The notes below the pieces were generated by a model. It was not told the DNA's origin. It saw only the letters and a list, made by a program, of their open reading frames with translations, and did not search any database. From Rebecca billardiae RCC1528 (Eukaryota > Protista > Haptophyta), in contig OZ251226.1 in assembly GCA_965240325.2 (NCBI GenBank), forward strand, positions 2,170,001-2,234,000: a DNA stretch of 64,000 bases, in the 5' to 3' direction. Below, one piece after another: positions 50,412 through 61,254 of the stretch (the stretch's first letter is position 1; each line of letters begins with the position of its first letter). A program made the translations under genes and the position numbers.

Positions 50412-53400
50412 CTAGTCCATCGCCGCTGCGAGGGCGCCGGCCCTGATGCGCCAGTGATTGAGGGCGATTGTGCGCTCGGCCGAGAGATGGTAGCCCTTAT
50501 CGTCGACCCAATCGAGCACCTTCTTCACGCGCCGACTGAAAACAATGTTGTGATTTTTATATTGCAGATCGTGGTACTGCGCGCTGACGCTCGAACTCTC
50601 CAAAATCGTCGTCTCGTAGTCGTCGTGCGTGAGGCTATTTTGCACGCAGCGGGAGGGGGCACCCTTGGCTCGGTGGACGTCCTCAAGCTCGTCCTCGAGG
50701 CTCTTGAGCGTCTTGATCGAGTAGGTCTTCGCCCGCACAAAGGCCACTGCTATAGCCAAATTGTCGCCGAGCTCATCCTTGAAGAAGCCCGGTGTCTTGC
50801 GGTTTGCGTCCGTGAAGAGCGGGTGTCCCTCCGGAAACTTGCTCATGTCCAGCCATTCGTCGCGGATGCTGAGCATTTTCTCCAAATAGGCCTCGTGCGA
50901 GGGCGCCCGGAAATTCATGATGAGCGAGTCGGTGTCAGTCCCGAGCAGGCGGGCGTTCTTCGGTCCGAAGGTGGGGTAGACCACATTATACAAAAACGTG
51001 TACATCCACAGCTTCGAAAAGTCAAGGATCGAGGCGCCCACGAAGATGGGCTTGTCACGCACGTACTCGCGCTTGCTCATCGTCACGAGCGCAAACTCGG
51101 GTGCGATCGGCTTGTAGGTGAGAGCCCGGTGACTCGTCATGGCTCGAGTGAATGCCGCTCGGTTATCAATGAATCGCGCTTGCGTGTGGTGGTAGATCCG
51201 CTCCATCGTCTTGCCGAAGCACGCGTTCACCATGAGCTTGAAATACCCCTCCTCGAAAGGATTCTTGCCCTGCTTGCGCAGCCGCGTGTTGAGGTCCACC
51301 CACGGGCGCAGCCACGGGCTTTGCTCGAACTCGACGACCCGATGCACCTTGGTGAGCTCGAGCCCCTGCGCCAGCGCAAACTTGAGCATCGTGACGTTGA
51401 GCGTGTAGTGTTTGCGGGAGCCAAGGTGCGCAATCAGCTTGGTGGTCTTTACGGCGCGCTTGCCCCGCTGCATAGGCGAGAGCATCTCGTCGGGCACTTC
51501 CATTACCTCGGGGAGTAACGGGTAGTCGCTGTGCAGGTCGTGCAAGCGGTCAGGGTAGTCGATGTCCACCGTCACGAGCGCCCCCACATCGCCTTGCCAC
51601 TCCTCGCACGGCTGATTCGGTCGCGTCGGGAGCCCGCCGTAGCGCGGATCGTTAACATCGAAGCGCTCCGGATCGACATCCGTATACCCACCCGTTGGCA
51701 GCTTCCACGACATCACTGAGGCATAAAGTGCGTTGGCGTCAAAGTCGTGGATTGCTGAGAATTCTTTGGCGGGATCATATTCAGGAAGATCCGGGTGGTT
51801 CGCGCGTGCGATGCGGTTGCGCGCCATCGACATGCCTCCGCGGAGCCCGGACTCGGCGTGCTCGTACAGGTCGCTCGTGGGGATGCTCTCGAGGCTCACG
51901 CCTGTGAGCTTGAGCATGGCCTTCCACGCGAACTGCGAGTTGGAGATGCAGTACGCCGGATCGAGGCCGTACGTGTTCATCGAGGTCTTGCGGAAGGCAC
52001 GCATGCAATCTTGGAGCCCGCAGACGTCAATGCTGAGGTACAGATCGTGGAGATCACGCCACGTGATGATGCCGGTCGCCTCCTGCAGGCGGCTCATGCG
52101 CTCGGGCAGGCTCTCCTCGAGCTCCTTTTGCTCGGCCTCCAGGCGCTCCTCCAGCTCCTCGTCGGTTTTGCCGTAGCCTTCGCTCAGCTTGGAGCCGAAG
52201 AACTGAGGATCTGCGCTGATGGGCTCGTCGAGGTGCTGGTGCCAATCGAACTCGTACGGGAAGACTTGCTTGTGCTTGAAGGCCTCGAAGACCGCATCCG
52301 GGTCCTTGCCGAAGCGCTCGGCGTGCTCGTTGGCCGCCCGGCGCAGCGAGTGCTTGTCCTCTGAGGGCAGATTCTTCAGAGATTCCGCCAAGCTTCCACC
52401 CAGAAAAGTCATCGAGTCGAGGATGCGGAAGGCCCCGATCTCGAGCGTCTTGAAGCGCTCGGAATTGATCACCATGGCGTTCATGCGGACCTTGTGCTCC
52501 TTGATGCGCGCCTGAACGCTCACGTCGGAGAGCGCCTGCATGATGAGCTGCGAGTCGTAGGACATGTTATGAAAGTACACCGGTATGCTGCTGATGAGGC
52601 TCGGCGTGCCGTGCTTGAGGTTGCACCGCGAGTGTGCCGCGCCGCGGTAGAGGCCCGTGCAGTGGCAGTGGTCGAGCACCTTGCGCTTGGCTCGGACCTC
52701 CTCGAGCGCGCGCTTCAACTCGTCCTTTTCCTCCGGCGCGAGTTTCGACTTGAGCTCGTACTCCGCTTCGGCGCGAGCAATCTCCGCGCTCGAGGCGAAG
52801 GCAGCCTCGCCGCAAAAGTGGCACGTCTCGCTCGCCTCAAAGTGCTCGCGGTCGGCCGCGGTGACCTTTGAAAAGTCGTCCTTGTAGCGCGAGCACGCGT
52901 CGCGGATCTTGGGGGTGGCGTCGAGCAGCGCGTGCAAAAATCGCACACCCGCATCCGGACCCATGAAGCTGCAATCCATGTCAGGGGCGTCCATGCCGTC
53001 CTGGAAGTCAAACTTGAGGCTCACCGATTGCGCCTTCTGATGCGTCTCCCCGTTGACTTGCGTGTTGACCGCCTCAAAGTCGGCCACCGCTACTACCGGC
53101 TTCCACACGACTGAGGTGTCCTGCGAGTAGGTGATGTCCGTCTCGGTGCGCTTGAGTTCCTGAGGCGTCCTCGCCTGGCTCTTAATCTCGTCGAGCGTCC
53201 ACGGCTGAAACAGGTGGCGCCAGTTGGCGTTGCACTGCGCGGTGTGCTGATCGCGGATTGCCTTGGTCCTGAAGCGGCGCGTGCAGATGGGGCAGTGCGC
53301 GCAGTTGTGTGCACGCTCGCTGAGTAGCTTGTCCAGGTCCTTGACGAAGACGTAGTGGTCCTCGTACGCGAGGATGTTGATGAGCGTGCGCTCGCGGTAC

Positions 53401-54992
53401 TTCTCCGGCGTGGTCGTGTGAATCGGCACGATGGGGTACTTGAACTCGTCCGTGTCCTCGGGGTGCTCGTGATGGTCCTCCGAGGAGCGCTTGACTTGCT
53501 CGAGCGAGAAGACGTTCCAGGTGAGGGTGGGGTTGACCTCCTCGAGGCGCGGGATGTCGGTGCAGTCGAACGGAAACTTGACCTCCTCCGGCCATGTGAT
53601 CATCGACTCGTAGCGCTTGAGCGTGCTGGTGCGCTCCTGCTTCTTGGCGCCATCTGCGTTCGCAAAGTGCATGAGCGACGCCCACAGGAAGCATTTGTTG
53701 TCGGTCTTGTTCTCGGGATTGATTAGGCCCTTGCTTCCGCCGCCAAACTTCTGCGGGAGCTTGACGTAAGACGAGCCCTGCTGGCGGACGGCATTGATCG
53801 GATAGGTGTCCACGTCAAAGCTAAGGAGACCCACAAATCGCCGCGCGCTGTACTGCGGATTGCTCGTGGAGGTGACGAGCGCGAGTATCTCCGCGACCTT
53901 GGTCTTGACTTGCTGCACGTCCTCGGGGTTGCCCTTGTCGATGACCAGGCGCGCCGTCGAGTTGTCGAGCTCCTTCGCGCCCGCGGTGACCACGCCAAAC
54001 TCGTAGAAGCCCTTGTTCAAGGCGGTCGGATTGTACTGGTCGTTCTGGTTTTTGAATGCGCGCGCGTGGAGCCTAATCTCCTCGCGGGTCTTGAGCTGAG
54101 CGACCTCGTGCATGGTTGCTGCAAAGGGATCCGCCTCCCAGGTGAAATCGGACGTCTCGACGGCCTTTCCGTTCTTGGTGGATTTGCTAATCGTCACCTT
54201 GGCGTGCGCGAATATTGATTCGAGTCGAATGTGCATCGAGAGCCGGCTGTACGGTATCTCCTGCAGGCGGGCGTCAATAGTCGCATTAATCGTCTGGAGA
54301 ATCGCTCCGAGGTGGTGCTGGCTCGGCGTGTAGTTCAGCTGCTGCTCCAGGAGCAGCCCAAGATTCTCGTGCAGAATCCACTTGAGCGGCATGATAAAGC
54401 GCTTGCGGTCGATAAATTCGAAGTATCGATCCTGCATGCTCGTGGAGAGCATGGCGAGGTTCCGATCGACTTCCAGCTGCGTGCGCTGGGCGTCCGTCAG
54501 GCGGTTTGCGAGCTGGGAGCGAGTGAAGCGCTGGAGGAGGCTCGCGGCGCGGTCGCGGTCGGGCGCGCGGCGGGCGGGCGTGCGGCGGGGCGCGGGGCCG
54601 GAAATCTTGCTGGCGACGCGCTCGGCGAGGGCGTCGAGCTGTCTGCCGTTGGAGGGGATCTTGCGCCGCTTACCGCTCCACGGATCTTGGTAGAGCATGC
54701 CGGCGAGGACTTGCGGGGCACTCATGCCGAAGCCCTCGAATGCGTCTTGGAACTGGCGGATGCGCGTGAGCTGCTCCTGCGTGTATTGGCTGAGCGAGCG
54801 GCTGGTGGAGCGGAGGCCGGTGGCTGGCGTCGAGTTGGGGGTGCCCGGCGGAGACTGGAATGCTCTCGCGATGGAGTTCGTGCGTGCTGCTGCGGTAGCG
54901 CCTAGGCGGCTCGTGATCGGAATTTCGATGCGAGGGGTGCGCTCGTTGAGGCGCGCGCGGGCATTTCGGATGAGCTCATCAACGTTCATCAT
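50412..54992 (-). CDS. pPolB: Protein-primed family B DNA polymerase polyprotein
   Basis: ExoI ADFE, ExoII FHNMSYD, ExoIII YLSIDV; polymerase motifs DANALY, KLMVNACFGK and TDTDS. N-terminal DNKCFLW...HY, a C2H2-like finger and an endonuclease VII-like insert. Confidence 0.97.
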   Translation of the reverse strand: MMNVDELIRNARARLNERTPRIEIPITSRLGATAAARTNSIARAFQSPPGTPNSTPATGLRSTSRSLSQYTQEQLTRIRQFQDAFEGFGMSAPQVLAGMLYQDPWSGKRRKIPSNGRQLDALAERVASKISGPAPRRTPARRAPDRDRAASLLQRFTRSQLANRLTDAQRTQLEVDRNLAMLSTSMQDRYFEFIDRKRFIMPLKWILHENLGLLLEQQLNYTPSQHHLGAILQTINATIDARLQEIPYSRLSMHIRLESIFAHAKVTISKSTKNGKAVETSDFTWEADPFAATMHEVAQLKTREEIRLHARAFKNQNDQYNPTALNKGFYEFGVVTAGAKELDNSTARLVIDKGNPEDVQQVKTKVAEILALVTSTSNPQYSARRFVGLLSFDVDTYPINAVRQQGSSYVKLPQKFGGGSKGLINPENKTDNKCFLWASLMHFANADGAKKQERTSTLKRYESMITWPEEVKFPFDCTDIPRLEEVNPTLTWNVFSLEQVKRSSEDHHEHPEDTDEFKYPIVPIHTTTPEKYRERTLINILAYEDHYVFVKDLDKLLSERAHNCAHCPICTRRFRTKAIRDQHTAQCNANWRHLFQPWTLDEIKSQARTPQELKRTETDITYSQDTSVVWKPVVAVADFEAVNTQVNGETHQKAQSVSLKFDFQDGMDAPDMDCSFMGPDAGVRFLHALLDATPKIRDACSRYKDDFSKVTAADREHFEASETCHFCGEAAFASSAEIARAEAEYELKSKLAPEEKDELKRALEEVRAKRKVLDHCHCTGLYRGAAHSRCNLKHGTPSLISSIPVYFHNMSYDSQLIMQALSDVSVQARIKEHKVRMNAMVINSERFKTLEIGAFRILDSMTFLGGSLAESLKNLPSEDKHSLRRAANEHAERFGKDPDAVFEAFKHKQVFPYEFDWHQHLDEPISADPQFFGSKLSEGYGKTDEELEERLEAEQKELEESLPERMSRLQEATGIITWRDLHDLYLSIDVCGLQDCMRAFRKTSMNTYGLDPAYCISNSQFAWKAMLKLTGVSLESIPTSDLYEHAESGLRGGMSMARNRIARANHPDLPEYDPAKEFSAIHDFDANALYASVMSWKLPTGGYTDVDPERFDVNDPRYGGLPTRPNQPCEEWQGDVGALVTVDIDYPDRLHDLHSDYPLLPEVMEVPDEMLSPMQRGKRAVKTTKLIAHLGSRKHYTLNVTMLKFALAQGLELTKVHRVVEFEQSPWLRPWVDLNTRLRKQGKNPFEEGYFKLMVNACFGKTMERIYHHTQARFIDNRAAFTRAMTSHRALTYKPIAPEFALVTMSKREYVRDKPIFVGASILDFSKLWMYTFLYNVVYPTFGPKNARLLGTDTDSLIMNFRAPSHEAYLEKMLSIRDEWLDMSKFPEGHPLFTDANRKTPGFFKDELGDNLAIAVAFVRAKTYSIKTLKSLEDELEDVHRAKGAPSRCVQNSLTHDDYETTILESSSVSAQYHDLQYKNHNIVFSRRVKKVLDWVDDKGYHLSAERTIALNHWRIRAGALAAAMD

Positions 54993-55105
54993 ACTACAAG
55001 CGAGGATTTTGTGTTATGATGGTGGTTGACATTTTTATTTGGCGCCAGAATAACGCGCGTACGTTTCTCCCTACGCCGACTCGGCGCGGATCGCCGATTT
55101 TTCCC

Positions 55106-55759
55106 CTAGGCGGCGGCGCGCGCCGCCGACTTTATTTGCGCGTCGCGCTCCGCCGAGGATGCGCCCTTGCTCACGAAGCGCGCCCGGCGGATGCGCACCT
55201 GCTCGAGGTGGCACTCGTAGCAGTTCATAGTGCGCGTCACGCTGCCGCCTCGGCGGCGGCGGAAGGCGAAGAGCTCGAATGGCACCTCGCGGTTGCATTC
55301 GGAGCACTCGATGTTCTCCTCTCTGTGCGCCTCCAATTCTTCCTCCGGAGGAAGCAAGCGCCTTGACTTTTGCTTGATGGTCTCTTGCGTGAGGCGATGA
55401 CGGCCGGAGGAAGCGTTCGTGTCGATTGGTACGAACACGTTGTTCTTCCGCTCCAGCGTGACCGGCTTGATGCCGAGCGCCTGCTCGAACGCGTCGTCAA
55501 AGGTGCGCTCGCTCACGCCGAGGTCCCTGAGGCTGTTGCCGTAGAAAATGAGTCCGTCACTATATTTGCATGCCCGACCGCCTGAGTACTCGAAGCGCAC
55601 CGTGGCGTGGCGGACGCAGTGCCAGCGCTCAGAAGGGTGGAAGTGGATCAAGTGGCGGAGTGCGTCCGTGAGGTCCACGAACCAGCGTGACTCGTATTCC
55701 TCGTCATCGGCGAAGCCGGGTGCTCCGGTGCGTGCTTCGCAAGTCACACGCCAGGGCAT
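55106..55759 (-). CDS. PLV hypothetical protein with C-terminal CxxC...CxxC
   Basis: CSECNREVPFELF...MNCYEC; AT-rich segment upstream. Confidence 0.7.
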   Translation of the reverse strand: MPWRVTCEARTGAPGFADDEEYESRWFVDLTDALRHLIHFHPSERWHCVRHATVRFEYSGGRACKYSDGLIFYGNSLRDLGVSERTFDDAFEQALGIKPVTLERKNNVFVPIDTNASSGRHRLTQETIKQKSRRLLPPEEELEAHREENIECSECNREVPFELFAFRRRRGGSVTRTMNCYECHLEQVRIRRARFVSKGASSAERDAQIKSAARAAA

Positions 55760-55869
55760 GATAGGTCAGTATTATACACGTGCGTAAGATTTTATATTGC
55801 ACCGAAATAAACGCGGTGGCGGCGTGGCGGGCGGTGGCAGGGGGTTGGGGTGGCGGCGGCGTGGCGGCG

Positions 55870-56151
55870 GCGGCGGGGTGGTGGCACCGAAGGCTCGGCG
55901 GGGTGGTGGCACCGAAGGCTCGGCGGGGGTCGACTGAGAATCGGGGATGACGAAGGCTCGGAGGAGGGCTGGGGAGGGCTGGGGAGGGCTGGGGAGGGCT
56001 GGGGAGGGCTGGGGAGGCGGGGTGGGGTGGCGGCGGGGTGGCTCGATGTGGCTCGATGTGGCTCGACTGAGAACCGGGGATGATGAGTCGTAGGCTCGGG
56101 GGAGGGCTGGGGAGGCGGGGTGGGGTGGCGGCACCGTATACCCCCACACAC
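55870..56151 (-). repeat. Right TIR (282 bp, ends CCCCCACACAC)
   Basis: Reverse complement of 40127-40408. Confidence 0.95.
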
Positions 56152-57496
56152 AGCTCGTCCGCCTCGGCGGCCGTCGCCGTGATCTGCGCCGAGAGCGCTG
56201 CGCGCGCCGCCTCGGCGTCAGCAAGCTGCGCGGCCATTTGGCGCCGCTCGGCCGTCGACCGTTCCAGCGCCTCTTCGCTCAGCCTCAGCCGCTCGGTGGC
56301 CTGGAAGAGGCGCTCCTCGAGGACGGCGGGCTCGGCGCCAGCCGGGCCGGTCTCACCGCCGCCGGTCTCGCCGCCGCCGCCGCCGCCACAGCCGCGCTCA
56401 GCTGGCGAGGAGGGGTCACTGCCGCCGCCGTCCCGCGCGCCGGACGCTCCGGCCTCGCCCGCGGCCTCAGCAGTTCGGCGCTCGCGCCGAGCGGCGCGCC
56501 GCTCCTGCGCCGTGCCCTCCGGCGTGAGCGAGGACGCGGGGCCTGCCGCGCCGCCCAGCGGCGGCGCCTGCGGCGCGGGCGCGAACGGCACGCGTAGCCC
56601 CGGCGGCGAGGCCGCGACGCCTCGCTCCGTCGCCATCTCCGGCCGAGCCGCGTCCGCGCCGATCGGGCGACCAGCGGCGCGCGCGCGCGCGAGCGCGGCC
56701 GTGCGAGCGGCGGGCGCACCGGCGGCGCGCAGCGCTTCGTGCACGATGCCCTCGAGGGTGCGGATGAGCAGCAGCGCAGGCTGGTGCACGCTCCTCGAGA
56801 GGAAGCCGTACGCCTCCGCCGGTAGCGCCGGCTGCTGTCCGGGAGATGCCCCGGACTCCGCCCGTCGCGCCGGTGGCGTGAGCCGAGCGGCGCCGGCCGT
56901 GGCCGCTGTTGCGTCGCCGGCCCCTGAGAAGCTGGACAGCGCCGAGGCGGCGGCGGCCGTGCCGGCGTCGGGCTCGGGCGAGGCGCGGCCTGACGCGCTG
57001 GGCTGCATGGCGAGAAGCCGCGGCTCGCGCGGCGGCGTGTCGCGCCGGCTGCCGCCCGCGCCATGCGCCCGTGCGACCGAGTCGGCCGCGGGCTGCGCCC
57101 AGCGCGCGGCGCGCGACGGCCGCTCCGCTCGCCGCGCGTCGGCGTCGGCGCCGATCCTGCCGAGCTGCGCGTGCAGGGCGCGCGCGACGCGCGAGGCCTC
57201 CTCAAGCTCGGCGGCGCGGGGCTCGCCGCGCGCCGCGCGCGCGCCGCGCTCCGCCTCCACGCCGCCGCTGCAAACGGTCAGCAGCTCTGCCAGCGCCCCG
57301 AGCAGCGTCGCCGCCTGCTCGGAAGATTCCAGAAGTTTCGCCTCCCAGCGCGCGAGGTGCTCGCGCGCGCAGGCGAGGTCGAGGTGGGCATCGGCGAGCG
57401 CGTCGGCCTCCGCCTCGGCCTCCGCGTCGATCGCACCCTCGCTATCGCCCGCCTCCTCCCTGTCCGCCACGGCGCGCGGCGTGCCCGCGCGGCGGC

Positions 57497-57527
<31 letters not shown>

Positions 57528-59564
57528 GCCGAGCGCGCCGCCGCGCGCCGCGTGCCCTAACCGCTCAGCCGCCTGGGAGAGGAGTGCAAAGGCGTCGGTG
57601 TAAGCGCTCTCGACGGCGACGCGGAGCTGCGCGCCGCGCGCCGACTCGGTGTGCAGCGCGTGCAGCTTGAGCGAGACCTGCTTCAGCACCTGCAGCTCCG
57701 CGTGGCCCGCGCCCACCGCGTGCCACGCGCCGCCTGCACCATCCTGGCCTCCCGCCAGCGCCCAGTCTGCCGCCACGGCGCCGGCGGCGGCGCCGGTGGC
57801 AGCGGCTGCGGCGGCGGTGCCGGCGGCGGCGGCGCCGAGCTCTGCCTGGCGCTGTGCCTCGAGCCCGCGCAGCTCGCGCGCCTGCTCGGCGAGCGAGAGC
57901 CCGAGCACCGACGCGAACGAGCGCTGCTGGCAGAACCGCAGCTCTGCCTCGGAGAGCGAGTGCTGCGCGTCGGCCGCGCGCCGCAGCAGCGCGGGCGACA
58001 CGCGCCGCCACGCGCCTTCGGAGAGCTGCAGCGCTCGCTCCCACTGGCCGTGGACGTCCTCGGCGCGCAGGCGCGCGCGCGCCGCCTCGCGCTCGGCGCG
58101 CCGCGCGCCGCGCGCGCGCGCCGCCTCGCGCGCCGCCGCCTCGCGCGCCGCGCGCAGCTGCACCCCGAGTCGCTCCTTCTCCTCAAACGTTTGCTGCAAT
58201 TCGTAATTTGCGTCGTCCAAACGAGTGGCGAGCTCGCGCGCGCGAGGGTCGTCCGCGCCGCCCGCGCGCGCGGAGACGCGTGCGAGCTCGGCCTGCAGAG
58301 CGGAGACCTGCGCGCGCAGCGCGCGCGACTCCTCCTCCGCCGCGCCGCCGCCCGCGCCCGCGCCGGCCCCGCCCGCGCCGCCGCCACCACCGCCGCCGCC
58401 GGCTGCCGCGCCGCCGCGCACCTCGTTTGCAGACGCGTGCACCGCTATCAGCTTGGCGCGCTCGGCAAACTGCAGCGTGGAGAGGGCCTCCTCCGCGCAG
58501 AGCGGGTCGAGGGCGAGCGTGCCGATCATCGCGGTGAGCGAGTTCCCGCCGAGCGAGCCCTGCAGCACGCGCGTCAGCTTCGAGTTGCGGTAGGGCACGA
58601 AGGCGACACCAGCAGAGGCCACACCGGCAGGCGCGGGGCCGCCGCTCGGCGCGCCGCCCGAAGCGCCGGGCGCCGCGCCGCCGCCGCCGGTGGCGGTGGC
58701 GAGCGCGTTGATCACGGCGCCGAGCGCGGAGAGCGACTTGTTGATGGCCACGCCCTCCCTGAACTGCGCCCCCGTCGCGCCCGCCTGCCCCGTGCGCTCC
58801 GAGCCCGCCAGGTCCGCAAGGCTCACGCGCGCGCGCAGCTCACGACCGCTCGGCTCGCGCCGTGCGATCGCGAGGCTGAACACGGCGTGCGAGCGCGAGG
58901 AGCGCTGGTTCATCGCGGTGGAGCCGGTGGCGCGGCGGCGGTGGCCGGCGCTGATCAGCCGGAGCACGTCGCGCGCGCTCGACACCGGCGCCTCCGTCAG
59001 CCCCGCCACGCGCACGCCGTGCGCCGCCGACTCACGAATCTCAAGCGGCGGCCGAGCTCCGCCGCCGCCGCCGCCGCGCCGGCCGCCGCCGACGGCCTGC
59101 GGCTCGAGCAGGTCGTAGAGCACCTCGTTGTACACCTCGAGGAACGAGCAGCTCACCAGCACGCGTCCGCCGCCCGAGCGCACCTCCGAGTCGAGCACAT
59201 CGAAGAGCTCAGCGCACAGCCGCGGCACGATCCCGCACGACGGCGGCAGCGGGCTGCGGTGCATCGCGTCCTCGCCGCCGAGCATGGTGTACGTCTTGCC
59301 CGAGCCGGTCTGGCCATACGCAAGGATCGTCCCGTTGAAGCCGCGCAGGCTGTGCCGCACGATCGGCGAGCCCAGGTCGGCGTACACGTCCTCTTGCCTC
59401 GCCTCCGGCGGGTACACAAAATCGAACGCAAACGATCGGTCGCGCACGAGCACGCCATTAGCGCGGTCTAGGCGCAGGACGGGCGGGCCGTCGCCCGCGT
59501 ACGGCCGGCAGCGCACGGCCACGACCACGCGCTCCGGCGGGTTGCCGCGCGGCGGTGAGCCCAT
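56152..59564 (-). CDS. Kinesin motor protein, 5' part (interrupted by the PLV; reads into the TIR to a stop at 55704)
   Basis: VAVRCRP, P-loop GQTGSGKT, NQRSSRSH, DLAGSER and VPYRNSKLT, followed by a coiled-coil stalk. ATG of MGSPP at 59564. Confidence 0.95.
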
Positions 59565-60040
59565 GGCTGCCGTGCGGCTCGTCAGAGCGCCGCCATGCTG
59601 CAGTGGGGGATGAAAAAAAAGGGCCGGAGAATATATATTATTCGTCGTCGATGACGACGAGCAGATCGAAATTCTCAGCTCAGACGAGATTGACGCCAAC
59701 CAACAGTCGCCGCCACCCGCCGATGAAGCCGTCGCCGATGGTAGCGCCGTACGTCCGAGGAAGTGTGTGATCAGCGCGCACTGAGACTGCTGCTGGCATA
59801 CCGTGCCCGCGTACTACTAGATGTCCAATTGTCTATTGCCCGAACTCAGCAGACGGCGCCGACGCACCGAGTCGCGTGGGGCCCTCAAGGCTTGACGCGG
59901 CCACACTCGACGTTATGCCAGCTGGTCGACGACGCGTCCGATGCGCACAGTCGTAGATGGCCGTAGTCGTCTGTTCGACGAATGAATGAAGACGGCGACC
60001 CCATCTCACATCTCGCTCGCCGCCTCAGCCATCGCTGCAC

Positions 60041-60997
60041 TCATAAGCTGCGACCGAGCAGCGCCTGCGTGAGCTGCTCCATGATGAGATAGTTGAGCAG
60101 GTTGAAGGGCGCCTGCCGGCAGTACACGGGAAGCAGGCCCTTCCACAGCGCGAGCGGGCCCTCGACGCGCACGATGCTCCACGCGCAGTCGCCCAGCCCC
60201 TTGTACATCGGCTTGTCCTGCGGCTGATTCATCATGCGCGTCTTGAGCACGTCGAAGGGACAGCCGACGAGAGCGGTCGCGACGCCGCCGACCAGCGCGG
60301 CGCAGAAGCGCGCGAGCAGCGAGTCGGTCTCACCGAGCAGCGCGACGACGGTCTGCTTCGACTGGTCGTACGACGCGATGCCGATGCCGTTCACCACCGT
60401 CGCCCGCTGCACGTTTGGTGCCACGCCCTTGAAGAAGGCGCGCGCGCCCTCCTCGCGCGCGATGCGCCGAAAAGCGTCAACGGTCCCCCGGTACCGCGGC
60501 TCTCCTCCACGGGCGACGAGTCGGCCGTCGGCCTGCAGTCGCACCTTGACGACATCCGTCGGATTTGCTATGGCACTCGCCACCGCGCCCGCGCTTGCGC
60601 CCGCCCCGATCCGCGCCCACACTGTCGTCTGCTCGGCGCCGCCGTTGATTGTGTCGCGAATCATCGGATAGGCTCCGAAGCACAGGCCGCCGTACGAGGC
60701 CTGCCGGAGCATCGCCGCGGGGAGGCCAGCGTAAAAGGCGGTCACGCCCTCGTTGCGCAGGATTTCCGCGCCCATCCCGACCACGCCCAGCCGCGGCGCG
60801 CTGGACGGCAGCATCTCGTTCTGCAGCTGCATCCGCGTCTTAATGAAATCGAGCGGCAGGCACGCGGCGTCCGCGATGCAGCACGAGGTGGCCGTGCACG
60901 CGAAGCGGCCGATCAGCTCGTACGTCGCGTGGCTAAGCGCAAGGCCGCGCTCGGGCAGCCATGTTTCGCGACGGCGCGTCGACCCAGGCGCGGCCAT
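60041..60997 (-). CDS. Mitochondrial carrier (SLC25; UCP/dicarboxylate-like)
   Basis: Three signature motifs: PLDFIKTR, PTDVVKVR and PFDVLKTR. Confidence 0.95.
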   Translation of the reverse strand: MAAPGSTRRRETWLPERGLALSHATYELIGRFACTATSCCIADAACLPLDFIKTRMQLQNEMLPSSAPRLGVVGMGAEILRNEGVTAFYAGLPAAMLRQASYGGLCFGAYPMIRDTINGGAEQTTVWARIGAGASAGAVASAIANPTDVVKVRLQADGRLVARGGEPRYRGTVDAFRRIAREEGARAFFKGVAPNVQRATVVNGIGIASYDQSKQTVVALLGETDSLLARFCAALVGGVATALVGCPFDVLKTRMMNQPQDKPMYKGLGDCAWSIVRVEGPLALWKGLLPVYCRQAPFNLLNYLIMEQLTQALLGRSL

Positions 60998-61254
60998 GAG
61001 GAGAGGGCGCGTCGACGGACGTGCTTCACGATGCTTGATTCCCGGCCGGCGGCAGGTGGCGCCTTTTCTGAGTTTGGGGTGCACTTGCACCGCCCGACAA
61101 AGGTTACCGTCGCAGGACTCGCAGCAGCAGGATTTCCGATCACGAATCGCGATCACTTATCCGAGTTCTGACTATCATACACCTCGGCGCGGGACCCTAT
61201 GAGGCTGCTGTGCGGACTGTCGTCACTGTCGCGCGCGCGTTGTGCACGGGACCC

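Larger units (their letters stand above)
40127..56151. mobile_element. Endogenous Polinton-like virus (16,025 bp)
   Basis: 282-bp TIRs, pPolB, packaging ATPase and capsid-like genes. ORFs are intronless and tightly packed with A-rich start contexts, unlike host genes. Confidence 0.95.

Noticed and set aside
55704-59699. 1331-aa ORF taken as the native kinesin
   Set aside because: Its start is a TTG upstream of the likely ATG (59564), and its last ~149 aa are viral TIR read-through.
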